Virus record (IMG/VR): IMGVR_UViG_3300022872_000001
Span: 128,171-192,170 of that record
Source: a virus
Direction: 5' to 3' (one strand)
DNA: 64,000 bases
In this document: piece after piece, positions 1 through 9,375 of the stretch
How the letters are laid out: each line of letters starts with the position of its first letter
How positions within the stretch are numbered: position 1 is the stretch's first letter
Translations under genes and position numbers: made by a program
The notes under the pieces: generated by a model
The model's database searches: none
What the model was told of the DNA's origin: nothing
What the model saw: only the letters and a program-made list of their open reading frames with translations

Positions 1-836
1 AAACCAGAAGCAGCAGCAGTGGTAAGTGAAACTAAGGAAGTAATGTCTGAGTTAGCACCGGATGCTGCCGCACCCAGGCTAGTACGCGCACCTGCCGAAG
101 TTGTTGCATTCGTACCCCCATTAGCCAATGGTAAAACGCCAGTCACACCTGTGGTGAGCGGTAAACCTGTGGCATTGGTAAGTGTAGCTGCGGAAGGAAC
201 ACCTAGATTCGGAGTGGTTAAAGATGGGGAGGTACTGAGCACCACAGAACCTGTACCTGTAGATGTCGTAGTACCTGTACCACCATTAGCAACTGCCAGC
301 GTACCGCTAAGCGTAATAGTTCCTGCACCTGTGATAGGTCCACCTGATGTGGTCAAACCTGTGGTACCCCCAGATACAGCAACGGAAGTTACGGTACCTG
401 AACCTGAAGGAGATGTCCAAACAAAGGCTGTACCATTCCATGTAAGTATTGTATTGGAAGAACTTGGTGCAGCTATGAAACCTGTAGTACCTGAACCTGT
501 TTGGTAATTTATCTCGTTGGCAGCACCTCCAGCAATAGCTGCTGCTGTGCCTCCTACATTCAAGCTACCTGCAGTACCTGTCAAGCCCGTTCCGGCACCC
601 GTAAAACTGCCAGCAGTAATAGTGCCAGACGCAGTTGCGGATACCAAAGAAGCCAATGATGTGATGTCGGTATTGGCACCAGGTTTGGCACCTATCTGTT
701 TAACCGATCCACTATGATCTTTGGAAAACAGAATTTGATCAGCTAAGTTGACTGCCAATTGACCTTCTGCCAGCTGACCTGCTGTAGGCACAGTCCCCGA
801 GGTATTTGATCTTAAGTTCTGTATGATGTTAGCCAT
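1..836 (-). CDS. Tail fibre/adhesin-like protein, 3'-truncated by the window edge
   Basis: Absent from the ORF track; read manually from ATG at 836: MANIIQNLRSNTSGTVPTAGQLAEGQLAVNLAD (N-terminal motif common in phage fibres), then Gly/Thr/Ser-rich repeats (GANTDITSL/GANSDITSL, LAVANGGTG/LPLANGGTN). Frame is open to position 1. Confidence 0.75.
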   Translation of the reverse strand, partial: MANIIQNLRSNTSGTVPTAGQLAEGQLAVNLADQILFSKDHSGSVKQIGAKPGANTDITSLASLVSATASGTITAGSFTGAGTGLTGTAGSLNVGGTAAAIAGGAANEINYQTGSGTTGFIAAPSSSNTILTWNGTAFVWTSPSGSGTVTSVAVSGGTTGLTTSGGPITGAGTITLSGTLAVANGGTGTTTSTGTGSVVLSTSPSLTTPNLGVPSAATLTNATGLPLTTGVTGVLPLANGGTNATTSAGARTSLGAAASGANSDITSLVSLTTAAASG

Positions 837-876
837 GTAAAATCCTATTGGTTATTTATTCTCACAATTCTTTAAA

Positions 877-1386
877 CTACGAGTAGGTACCTGAATCCAA
901 TTCAAGATCCTGAACGTCAAACTGGATGTTGCCTGCCGTGGTAGTTACTCCAATACCGTTACCACCTGTCAATGCCACGACTCCAGTTTGTGCATTTAAG
1001 GCTGAAACTCCTGCCCCAGGAGAACTAGAAATAATTTGTACTCCATAAACAGCAGTACCTACCGTCAAGACAGAACCTGACTGTAATACACCGTTCTTAA
1101 AAACGATATTATCAGATGGTAGAGTTACAGGAGTAATTACACCGTAGTACACAGCCAAGTCGTATCCCCGTATGATCGCTCGGGATACCTCAATCTCAGG
1201 TAAGGCAAACCGCCAACTATTTCCGTCATATACATACAGGCCGGGAGAACGTGCTCCCTCTGTTTGGGATAATATTACTGCCTCACTTGCTGACGCACTA
1301 AGAACAGATAAGGACGTAACAGCAGGAGCATTAAAGGGACCTGAAAAACCATTTTGATAAATGGTTAACGGAAAGGAGAATGACAT
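877..1386 (-). CDS. Hypothetical virion/fibre-associated protein
   Basis: 169 aa beta-rich ORF co-oriented with fibre and lysis genes; abuts the endolysin stop. Confidence 0.55.
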   Translation of the reverse strand: MSFSFPLTIYQNGFSGPFNAPAVTSLSVLSASASEAVILSQTEGARSPGLYVYDGNSWRFALPEIEVSRAIIRGYDLAVYYGVITPVTLPSDNIVFKNGVLQSGSVLTVGTAVYGVQIISSSPGAGVSALNAQTGVVALTGGNGIGVTTTAGNIQFDVQDLELDSGTYS

Positions 1387-1388
1387 GG

Positions 1389-2039
1389 CTATTCCTTGAA
1401 TATATTTTGGGCTTTATGCAGTACCTCAAGACGTTCAGGTACTGTAGAGGGAGAACCATTTATAGTAGTAGTCATCGCAGTGAATTGGTCTGCATCAGCA
1501 ACCGCATTGAAGTGATGCGTATTCCAGAACCAACCTGCCGTTAACCAACGAGTTTCAAAATCTGTACCAACTAAGGCAGGATTTGTGTAAAGAAGGTAAT
1601 CCGAAAATAATGCCTGAGATGCCGCCTTATAATTATCTGCGAAGGTAAGATTGAAAGCGCCTTGACCGCGATATTTCCAACCATCCCCCGAGGCTACATT
1701 TCCATTACCATAGCGATTGGCATATATCATGTTGGCAAGCTTCTCTGGATTATTGATGTAATCAGGAGCGTAGGCTTTTTCGGTATTGCTCTGATCCATG
1801 GTGAAGTGGGTAGGCCAAACTTCAGGTAAACGTTCCGCCGTTCTGTAGTTCAGGTTCTCTTCCCATTTTGTGTAACCTTCTGTCTCGAAATATGATTGAG
1901 ACATGAAGTAACATAACCGACGCACGTTAGTTATGTCGAATCGAATCAACATCGGATTCAGTGTTGCTACCGCTGAATCCAAGCTTGTTGTCGGGATCGC
2001 GGAAGCAAATTGTTTTAGCTGTTGAGCTGTCACTACCAT
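1389..2039 (-). CDS. Endolysin, glycoside hydrolase family 19 (chitinase-like lysozyme)
   Basis: YFMSQSYFETEG..EENLNY, YANRYGNG...GDGWKYRGQG..NLTF.DNY motifs; SD GGAG upstream. Confidence 0.9.
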   Translation of the reverse strand: MVVTAQQLKQFASAIPTTSLDSAVATLNPMLIRFDITNVRRLCYFMSQSYFETEGYTKWEENLNYRTAERLPEVWPTHFTMDQSNTEKAYAPDYINNPEKLANMIYANRYGNGNVASGDGWKYRGQGAFNLTFADNYKAASQALFSDYLLYTNPALVGTDFETRWLTAGWFWNTHHFNAVADADQFTAMTTTINGSPSTVPERLEVLHKAQNIFKE

Positions 2040-2454
2040 CTGGAACTCCTATTACGGATAAGGTTGCTAACGTAAATCGTTGACTTGAGGATTTGATTGG
2101 ATTCACTTCATAATTGACATTAACAACCACGTTATAATTCCCAACCGGAAGGTTGTGATAGGTCAAAACAGAATAGGTATCCTGATGACGTTTTAAAAAC
2201 AAAGCAGGCGTTACCATTATCAATTGACCATCTGTATCTATGGTCGTTGAATATACATAAAACGCCTCGTTAGTAATCTTACTTAATTGAGGAACGCGGA
2301 TTACAGATGATTGACCGTAGGTTTGCGTTACCACGGCTATAGGCTGAATGCCTTCTAAGCTAGTTGGAGATTCCTGAGCCCAATATAACGCCAACATAAC
2401 AGATGACGCGGATAAGGTGGCTCCCAGTCCTAGCAGGATCTTCCCTAAGTGCAT
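1927..2454 (-). CDS. N-terminally membrane-anchored protein in the lysis cassette (paralog 2)
   Basis: Hydrophobic N-terminus (KILLGLGATLSASSVMLALYWA); beta-rich C-terminal domain resembling 2463..2963; 3' end overlaps the endolysin by 113 nt. Confidence 0.6.
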   Translation of the reverse strand: MHLGKILLGLGATLSASSVMLALYWAQESPTSLEGIQPIAVVTQTYGQSSVIRVPQLSKITNEAFYVYSTTIDTDGQLIMVTPALFLKRHQDTYSVLTYHNLPVGNYNVVVNVNYEVNPIKSSSQRFTLATLSVIGVPDGSDSSTAKTICFRDPDNKLGFSGSNTESDVDSIRHN

Positions 2455-2462
2455 GAAATCTC

Positions 2463-2963
2463 CTAATTAGTTTTTGTCCCTACGCTTATATGAGCTAAAT
2501 CGAATTGAACCGAATTTGTCTGAATTGGATTCCCAAGGTACCTAACGTAAGCTACCAAAGAATATTCTCCTGGAATAATCGTGTCCGGTAATTTGACATT
2601 TACCGTATCTAGTTTCAGGTCGTCCTTGTCCACAACGGTCTGAGGATATCGGTAGGCGAGATTACCTGCCATGTCCATCAATTGTAAATTGTAAATTACC
2701 TTGGGTCCGGAAACCCGCATACTAATCTTTGGTTCAAGCTTGGTAGAAGAGCCTTGCTCCAGATTTACCCAACTAGTATGTGGGGCAGACACTCTAACAT
2801 TGGACGCTGGCTGGACAGACCAAGCTATAGTGGATATTACCAACGTAGGAACTGCAACTAAGGAACACACTGCAAAAATTGAATCAACAGTAGCCTTGTA
2901 TTTAAGGTACACGGCACTTTGTAGTGCGATCTTTATTTTCGCAGGTAAGAGGATATTAAACAT
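2463..2963 (-). CDS. N-terminally membrane-anchored protein in the lysis cassette (paralog 1)
   Basis: One TM segment (IFAVCSLVAVPTLVISTIAWSV); shares PGEYSLVAYVRY..NPIQT / PVGNYNVVVNVNY.VNPIKS with its neighbour. Confidence 0.6.
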   Translation of the reverse strand: MFNILLPAKIKIALQSAVYLKYKATVDSIFAVCSLVAVPTLVISTIAWSVQPASNVRVSAPHTSWVNLEQGSSTKLEPKISMRVSGPKVIYNLQLMDMAGNLAYRYPQTVVDKDDLKLDTVNVKLPDTIIPGEYSLVAYVRYLGNPIQTNSVQFDLAHISVGTKTN

Positions 2964-2964
2964 A

Positions 2965-3348
2965 TTAGTGCTCCGGGTTTTCAGACATAGTAGATTTTTC
3001 GACTATTGGCTGTACCGCTGGAAGCGAGGTAGGCTCCTGTGGTACTGCTGGCTGTTGTAATCCCGGAAACTTGGTTCGCAAGAAATTCTCGAACTCCACC
3101 CAGGCCCGATTACCCATTAATCCCGATACTGCAATTATGAACGGTAGTAATGTGGAATCGATGTTACCCCATTTGCAAATCCAGAAGGTCATCACACCAG
3201 TAAAACCTGAGGTGATAATTTCTATTAATGCTCTACCTATAACAAATTTCTGCATACTATTCAGGTACTTAACAAGACCTGCACAGGCTGCTACGGCTAT
3301 TACCCACACGTAGGTAACTAGTGGATAGCCAAAGGCCTCTTTTTCCAT
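2965..3348 (-). CDS. Holin, LydA-like
   Basis: About 3 TM segments with TYVWV...GLVKYL...EIITSGFTG..TFWIC......AVSGLMG.RA pattern; upstream of the endolysin. Confidence 0.75.
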   Translation of the reverse strand: MEKEAFGYPLVTYVWVIAVAACAGLVKYLNSMQKFVIGRALIEIITSGFTGVMTFWICKWGNIDSTLLPFIIAVSGLMGNRAWVEFENFLRTKFPGLQQPAVPQEPTSLPAVQPIVEKSTMSENPEH

Positions 3349-3431
3349 TAACAGGACTCCTATAAGTTTTGTACCGCTTATTCATAAGCTCTGCACTTGT
3401 ATAAAATTTGATAGTAAGCTATTGCGTACTT

Positions 3432-3440
3432 AGTAAATAA
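3432..3440 (+). promoter_or_regulatory. AGTAAATAA putative phage promoter
   Basis: Recurrent intergenic sense-strand motif, about 20 nt before ATG 3461. Confidence 0.45.
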
Positions 3441-3460
3441 GGTGTGAAAAGGAGCTTTAT

Positions 3461-3793
3461 ATGAATAACAAACCACCAACCTGCATCATTTTTCATGGTG
3501 TAGCTATGTCGGATAAGGCGAATCTTGTGTCGGCTGATCCAAGAGGTTTAGCTCTATACGTGGATATGTGTGCACGGAATAATTTGTCAATACCTGTAAC
3601 TGCCGATAAATTCAAATTCAATGTGGAAACCGAGGTCAATGAAGCCTTTAAATCGGTTAAACATAAATACAAAATCCTTCTGCACGATTGCCAACAAGAT
3701 GAGGAACTTATATCCTTTGAGGACTATTTGATTCACATGCATCTGATAGTGGATGTCGAACAAAATGATTATTACTCTTTCAGGATTAACTAA
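3461..3793 (+). CDS. Hypothetical protein
   Basis: 110 aa; SD AGGAG; TAATG overlap with the next gene. Confidence 0.6.
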   Translation: MNNKPPTCIIFHGVAMSDKANLVSADPRGLALYVDMCARNNLSIPVTADKFKFNVETEVNEAFKSVKHKYKILLHDCQQDEELISFEDYLIHMHLIVDVEQNDYYSFRIN

Positions 3794-4656
3794 TGCGTAA
3801 AACGTTGCTGTTTGTGGATGGGAATTTTTACATGAACCGAGCCTGGCACGTTATTCATACCGAAAATTCCATTGGGCGCGCACTAGGCGCCCTGATGACC
3901 TCAATGATATGCCGCGATGCCATAACGGTAAAAGCAACTCATGTTATCGTAGGTTTCGATGGTATGAGTTTTCGATACGACATTTATGATGATTACAAAC
4001 ACTCCAGAAAGAAAAAGACAAAGGGTAAATCCAAGTCGGATGAAACCACTAAGGAGATTTATACCTACATGAAAGATGTCCAGATGTACATAGGTGATGC
4101 AGGAATTCCTTTCGTGCATCCTCCCAAGCATGAGGCAGATGATGTCGGTGCAGTCTGTGCTGCTATGGGATCAAAAGACCTGCGAGTGGTTATAGCCACT
4201 AAGGATAAGGATTCAATTCAACTCCTTAATCCTAATGTGGTTATGTATAATTCAAACATCAAGTATCCTAAAAACCCGTATACGCTGGCTGATATCGCCA
4301 TTAGTAAGTACGGAGTCGAGTCTCACCAAATGGTAGATTACCAAACGCTGGTGGGAGATAAGGGAGATGATGTTCCAACCTTGTTAGGTCCTGCCAAGGT
4401 CAAAAAGATATTAGCCAAATATGGATCAATCCGAAACTGGTATAAGAAGGGACCGCGCGGCGGCAAGAGATGGCTGACGGAACACAGTGAGGAGATTTTA
4501 CGGAATCGTAAATTGGTACAACTCATCGATGACTGCATTGAGATTGATATAAACGATCTAAAAGTACCAAGGCTGACGAAGAAGGTTCAATCCTTCCCGT
4601 CAGCTTGGCACGATTACCAATCCTTTCTGTATCCCAAAAGCCGAGGTCTCTTTTAA
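3793..4656 (+). CDS. 5'-3' exonuclease / flap endonuclease (PolI N-terminal, T4 RNase H-like)
   Basis: LLFVDGN, GFDG, HEADD, TKDKD, LVGDKGDDVP..LGP.K (H3TH) motifs. Confidence 0.9.
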   Translation: MRKTLLFVDGNFYMNRAWHVIHTENSIGRALGALMTSMICRDAITVKATHVIVGFDGMSFRYDIYDDYKHSRKKKTKGKSKSDETTKEIYTYMKDVQMYIGDAGIPFVHPPKHEADDVGAVCAAMGSKDLRVVIATKDKDSIQLLNPNVVMYNSNIKYPKNPYTLADIAISKYGVESHQMVDYQTLVGDKGDDVPTLLGPAKVKKILAKYGSIRNWYKKGPRGGKRWLTEHSEEILRNRKLVQLIDDCIEIDINDLKVPRLTKKVQSFPSAWHDYQSFLYPKSRGLF

Positions 4657-5078
4657 GCGGTAGTGCTTGTAGACGCTGCCGGCGTGGCTATAACTGCAGG
4701 TGCTACTGGAGGCGTGGATGCCGCAGTAACTTCTGCCACCGTAGTTCCTGTAATCGATAGAGGGCGTGCTGTGGGTGCGGAGTCTAAGGCATCCAGTTTA
4801 GCCCTTAAATCGGACTTCCACTTATAGGTAAGCACAATGGAATCCAGAAGAGGTACCAGCTTTTGTGCATACCAATCCGCAAAGGACAAATACGGATTAC
4901 TATCGGTGAACACTGGCGTTTCATAGGTATACAACATAGAATTGCTTACAATGTTGCTACCTCTCTGCGCCTGCAGTGTGAATTGAACAGCCGTAACATA
5001 ATCCGAATTACCATTCAATGTCGTGGTATACGGAGTTACTCCTGTATAGGTAAAAGTTACATCATCCGTTGCTGCCAT
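4653..5078 (-). CDS. Small tail-fibre-associated protein
   Basis: 141 aa immediately downstream of, and overlapping, the fibre gene. Confidence 0.5.
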   Translation of the reverse strand: MAATDDVTFTYTGVTPYTTTLNGNSDYVTAVQFTLQAQRGSNIVSNSMLYTYETPVFTDSNPYLSFADWYAQKLVPLLDSIVLTYKWKSDLRAKLDALDSAPTARPLSITGTTVAEVTAASTPPVAPAVIATPAASTSTTA

Positions 5079-7863
5079 TATCTTCTCCTTGTCGATTAAG
5101 TTTTGCTGTCAATCTGCGGACAACATCTTCCAGAATTTGTAAACGCGCTACAGCTTCTTGCAACGCCGCGCCTAATATGGCAGTGTGCGCTTCATTAACG
5201 ATTGCCAGTTTACCATCTTCCCGTTCCATAACAGCTTCGGGCACTTGCGCCTGCAATGCTTGCGCACTTGTTCCTGCCCTGCGTAGTTTGGTATCATCAT
5301 CAATCAGTTCATAGGTAAAGTATTTCAAATTCATTACCTTACGAATAGCATTGGTCAACGAACCTAATTTATGTTTCATTCTCATATCTGACAGCGCGGT
5401 AGCATTGGTAAAGTATCCATTGCCTCCGGTATCTACATAAGCCGGTGTACCTCCTGCGCCGTTACCAAAGTACGTGTTTCCCCCTGATGTAAGATTCAGG
5501 TACAAACCATTACCTCCCGCCGCACTCAATTGGAGATTCGTGGTTGAATGAACCGTAGGTGATTGGATTCCTGTGAATACTGCGGCACCTGCACTACTTA
5601 CGGATGCTACAGACCCGCCTGCCCCATTGCCGATGGAAACACCTCCAGTACCCGACGTGTAGTTCAGGAGTAAGGCATTGGCTCCCGTGCTACGTACTTC
5701 CATGGTTGTTGTACCTGTCAGAACGCCTGCAACGGCAGCATTAACGTCAGCTTGTGTCAAGGTTACTGCACCGTACCGGGTGTTGAATGTCAGAACCTGA
5801 TTCTGAGTCCATTTGTGCCACAAGCCACCGATGGATACGGCAAGATCACCTACCGCCCAAGATGTGATTCCATCCAAAGCTGTTGTACCTGCGGTAGCTA
5901 CTCTATAGATGCGACCTTCCGCCGTTACCTGAATAGTTATATTGCCTGAGGCATTTGGGTTAGGCGCGTCACACTGAATCTCACCTGTAGCAAGCAGAGA
6001 TTGATTCGGGAAATCCTCAGCATGGGCTAGAGTAACTACGTTGGTATTGGCATTCCAGGTACCTGCTAACTCCAAAGTACCAATAGAGTTTTGACCTACA
6101 GGCAATCGACCATACAAATAATTGTACGTAGACGTTGAGGAGCTGCCTGAATTCGCGGTCAACTCACCTGGGATATTTCCAGGTGTACCTATTTCTAGAG
6201 CAGAGAAAGCCCCCACATCGGAAGCCACCAGAACCACGTTGCCGGTAGAGTCAGGACTCTTACCTGCTACTGTTACGATATCTGTGGACAATACTCCAAG
6301 ACCAGTTATCTGTAAACCTCCTCCTACCTGTACCGCACCTGGCATAGTGGTAGTTGCTAAAGCAGGTGTGCCTCCAATCAGATTCCAAGAACCCCATACA
6401 CCTGAGGTGTATGTACGCCAAAAGCCAGAGGTCGATCCCATAAAGCGCTGCACAAGATCACCACCTGTTGTTCCTGCTATCATTGGAATAATTTCCAATG
6501 TACCGTAGGTAGCGGGTGCATTAGCCATAGCACCTGTACCTGAGTTGGTAAAGAACAAACCTGACGTTTGGAAAGTATTCAAATCCGAACCAGACGGAAT
6601 AGCCTGAGGATCAACCAGACCGATGCTTCCAGGATTCGTTACGTTACCTGAGGAGTCAGGACTCAATCCACCTACAGTTTTCACTGGAGGGAAACCTAAA
6701 TCAAGAACTCCTGCATTGCTGGTAAGGTTTCCTGTTAATGGTAATTTGACTCCACCCAAGGTAGTCGTTGATGCCATAGGCAACGTATAGGCGGCAGGTG
6801 TGTTGATCAAATCTGTATAGCTACCCGTTTGAGCCACGGTAGCTAAACCTGGTATATTGGAAGCAGTAAGAACCACCACACCTGTGTCACCATTTATGGA
6901 AGTAACCACACCAGCCATAACTGCATCGAAGGATAAAACACCTGTGTTATCAACAGATAAACCATTACCTACAATCACTCCTCCAATTAAGGTTGTGGTC
7001 GCAGGACGTAATATAACATTTGACGATGATAAAGGCTGGCGCTTGAATACGGTGAAGGTATCACCTACAGCAGGTGTAACTGCCATCATGGTTGCGAAAC
7101 TTAAGGTGGCCAACCCTCCACCCGTAACTACAGTTTTTATGTAACGACATATGGAATAATTAACCCCTGAGGTGAATTCCAGGATCAATTCCCCAAAGTA
7201 ATCGGGATCCATATCTGTGGTATATTGGGATAACGCAATGGTTACGGATTGCGAATCAAATCCTACCACAGTGCCTACCGTTTGATTAATATAGGCATAG
7301 CAATCGAACGACCACAAACCGTTACGATCGGTGAAAGCTAACATAGGTGTTTGCGAACCAGACGCAGATTGAACCACGTAGGCATTAGGCGTAGCCTCTG
7401 CCGATTGAGGCAGAACATCTGGAGATTGGATAACTGCCAAACGGAATTGGTTATTTGATTCCCCAATATCCATCCACATTTCATAGTTGGTATCTACTAT
7501 TGACAAGTAAATATCGAGACGAACACTGTTACCAGGATCAACACTGGTTAATGCCAGTTTCTGTATTAAGGTAGAGGAGCATCCTATGGCAAACAATTCT
7601 CCATTGGTCATGTAGAGACCGAACTCACCCCAGGCAAAAGGGCCGACGCTATAATCCATATAGCAGCCGTATTTAATCACATTCGCATTAACTGCAACAG
7701 GTGAGGACGGTGCACCCGAAAATAAAAGGCTGCCGTGAATATCAGTATCTGTCGGTTCTGGGGTATAATTATAACCACTCCCAATCTTGAAAAGGGATAA
7801 GGCAATAGGACCAGTAGCTGCCTGAAGAGCTGCAACTCCAAGATCGGTAATTTGGACATTCAT
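5062..7863 (-). CDS. Long tail fibre with C-terminal intramolecular chaperone (peptidase S74-like)
   Basis: N-terminal ITDLGVAAL...GEFGLY baseplate-attachment domain; LPMASTTTLGGVK-type repeats; C-terminal SDMRMK...AGTSAQALQAQVPEAV chaperone motif. Start moved to ATG 7863 (SD AAGGAG). Confidence 0.88.
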   Translation of the reverse strand: MNVQITDLGVAALQAATGPIALSLFKIGSGYNYTPEPTDTDIHGSLLFSGAPSSPVAVNANVIKYGCYMDYSVGPFAWGEFGLYMTNGELFAIGCSSTLIQKLALTSVDPGNSVRLDIYLSIVDTNYEMWMDIGESNNQFRLAVIQSPDVLPQSAEATPNAYVVQSASGSQTPMLAFTDRNGLWSFDCYAYINQTVGTVVGFDSQSVTIALSQYTTDMDPDYFGELILEFTSGVNYSICRYIKTVVTGGGLATLSFATMMAVTPAVGDTFTVFKRQPLSSSNVILRPATTTLIGGVIVGNGLSVDNTGVLSFDAVMAGVVTSINGDTGVVVLTASNIPGLATVAQTGSYTDLINTPAAYTLPMASTTTLGGVKLPLTGNLTSNAGVLDLGFPPVKTVGGLSPDSSGNVTNPGSIGLVDPQAIPSGSDLNTFQTSGLFFTNSGTGAMANAPATYGTLEIIPMIAGTTGGDLVQRFMGSTSGFWRTYTSGVWGSWNLIGGTPALATTTMPGAVQVGGGLQITGLGVLSTDIVTVAGKSPDSTGNVVLVASDVGAFSALEIGTPGNIPGELTANSGSSSTSTYNYLYGRLPVGQNSIGTLELAGTWNANTNVVTLAHAEDFPNQSLLATGEIQCDAPNPNASGNITIQVTAEGRIYRVATAGTTALDGITSWAVGDLAVSIGGLWHKWTQNQVLTFNTRYGAVTLTQADVNAAVAGVLTGTTTMEVRSTGANALLLNYTSGTGGVSIGNGAGGSVASVSSAGAAVFTGIQSPTVHSTTNLQLSAAGGNGLYLNLTSGGNTYFGNGAGGTPAYVDTGGNGYFTNATALSDMRMKHKLGSLTNAIRKVMNLKYFTYELIDDDTKLRRAGTSAQALQAQVPEAVMEREDGKLAIVNEAHTAILGAALQEAVARLQILEDVVRRLTAKLNRQGEDNGSNG

Positions 7864-7920
7864 CTGGAAATGCTCCTTGTTGTGAATTTCATACGTACAC
7901 ATTAAATTAGAAGAGTGCTA

Positions 7921-8808
7921 ATGGCAAAGAAAACTAAAGTTCAAGATCCTAGAGTCACATCCGTGATCTCAGAACTAGGTAAGGTGTACTCGGATGGACT
8001 AAAATCTCTCCATACGTCCAAAGGTGATTTATCGCGTATGAGGTATCTACGCCCATCCCAACTTCCGTTCTGTCCTATAAACTTCTTCACCATAAATGCT
8101 AGCCAAGGCCCCTTGCGTATTCAGGATATGGAGTCTGCATTCTATACATCTATAGGTACAACCGTTCATACAGTAGTTCAAAAGTACCTTAGCCACTCTG
8201 GTAAATTTCTAGCGCGTTGGACGTGTAAGCAGTGTGGTAAGGTGCGCAAGATATCGATGAATAATCAGTGTTGCGACTTCACTATGGAGTATGATGAGGT
8301 TCTGATACGGCATAAGGGAGTGGTAGGTCACATAGACGCTATCTACCGAGACAAGTACGGGGATTATTGGATTCTGGATTTCAAAACTACCTCAGTAGCC
8401 TCTGCTTTGGCTAAATCCCGCAACCCAGGTATCTCCTATGAAGAGCAAATTGAGACCTATGCCTACTACGTAAGAGAGCAATATGGCATTACTGTTAAGG
8501 GTGTATTGCTCATGTTCATCAAACGGGATAGCCCAAAAGCTCCTATTATGTTCGGTCGCGTTCTTAAGGATATAGACTTCGATGTAGTTGCTAAGCGCAT
8601 TAAGAAATATAAGAAGATGCACCATGAAGTTTTGCATATCGAAACCTTGAAGGAAGCAAAACAACTTTTGAAGAAGTATGGTAAATGTAATAACCCTATG
8701 TGTGATACGTGTGGTTCATATCGTTCATATGAGGATGCATTTATCAATGCCTACCACAGAGGGAAAAGCATGAAATACCTACCTCTGATAAACGTTGCAA
8801 GTAAATAA
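7921..8808 (+). CDS. Cas4/RecB-like PD-(D/E)XK exonuclease
   Basis: LRPSQLPFCP, GT.VH, GHIDAI..., DFKT, QIETY motifs; C-terminal C-x4-C-x2-C. Confidence 0.8.
   Translation: MAKKTKVQDPRVTSVISELGKVYSDGLKSLHTSKGDLSRMRYLRPSQLPFCPINFFTINASQGPLRIQDMESAFYTSIGTTVHTVVQKYLSHSGKFLARWTCKQCGKVRKISMNNQCCDFTMEYDEVLIRHKGVVGHIDAIYRDKYGDYWILDFKTTSVASALAKSRNPGISYEEQIETYAYYVREQYGITVKGVLLMFIKRDSPKAPIMFGRVLKDIDFDVVAKRIKKYKKMHHEVLHIETLKEAKQLLKKYGKCNNPMCDTCGSYRSYEDAFINAYHRGKSMKYLPLINVASK
8800..8808 (+). promoter_or_regulatory. AGTAAATAA(N)GGATAC putative promoter
   Basis: Motif overlaps the upstream stop, about 27 nt before ATG 8835. Confidence 0.45.
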
Positions 8809-8834
8809 GGGATACATTAACCCAAGGAGCATTT

Positions 8835-9167
8835 ATGTTATACGACCTTCCAGATAATAAAGGGACTATTGATCCTGAAGCAATTGACTACATTAGTGGT
8901 CTTGAATACAAAGCCTGCCATCCTAGAGATGGTAGTGGTTTGGAGCTTTCATTGTCATTCCGCGTTGTTATGGCTAACGGGTACGTTATCGTATTCGGTC
9001 GCCGCGTTACCAAGAGTTTGGCTGATGATGTACATGGGTATAATCATTACTTCACTAACCCGGGTCTTCAATCGGAATCGGAAGATGAAATGAGGGATGC
9101 GTATGAGGAAATTCTCGGCGAGTTTCGGAACGCTATAAAGAGTAAATGGGAGGTTACACATGGCTAA
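8835..9167 (+). CDS. Hypothetical protein
   Basis: 110 aa; SD AAGGAG. Confidence 0.6.
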   Translation: MLYDLPDNKGTIDPEAIDYISGLEYKACHPRDGSGLELSLSFRVVMANGYVIVFGRRVTKSLADDVHGYNHYFTNPGLQSESEDEMRDAYEEILGEFRNAIKSKWEVTHG

Positions 9168-9375
9168 GGTAAAAGAAATCTCCGTCACAGTATCGAAGAC
9201 CTTTCAATTCAAACAGTTTGAACCATCCCATGTATCAATCACCGAGACCTTAACCCTGGCTCCAGAGGACGATAAGGATGAGGTGAAGAAGAAAAGTTAT
9301 AAACGTTGTAGCGACACGGTAAACGAATTGCTTCTCAAAGAAGGTAAGCGTTACCAAGAAAAGAAAGGTAAATGA
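9160..9375 (+). CDS. Hypothetical protein
   Basis: 71 aa; SD GGAGG; overlaps both neighbours. Confidence 0.65.
   Translation: MAKVKEISVTVSKTFQFKQFEPSHVSITETLTLAPEDDKDEVKKKSYKRCSDTVNELLLKEGKRYQEKKGK

Noticed and set aside
19-717. Plus-strand ORFs 19..507 and 517..717
   Set aside because: Antisense shadows of the truncated fibre gene on the minus strand.
2463-2963. Lipoprotein o-spanin call from FAVC
   Set aside because: Does not fit the lipobox [LVI][ASTVI][GAS]C, and the Cys lies within the TM segment.
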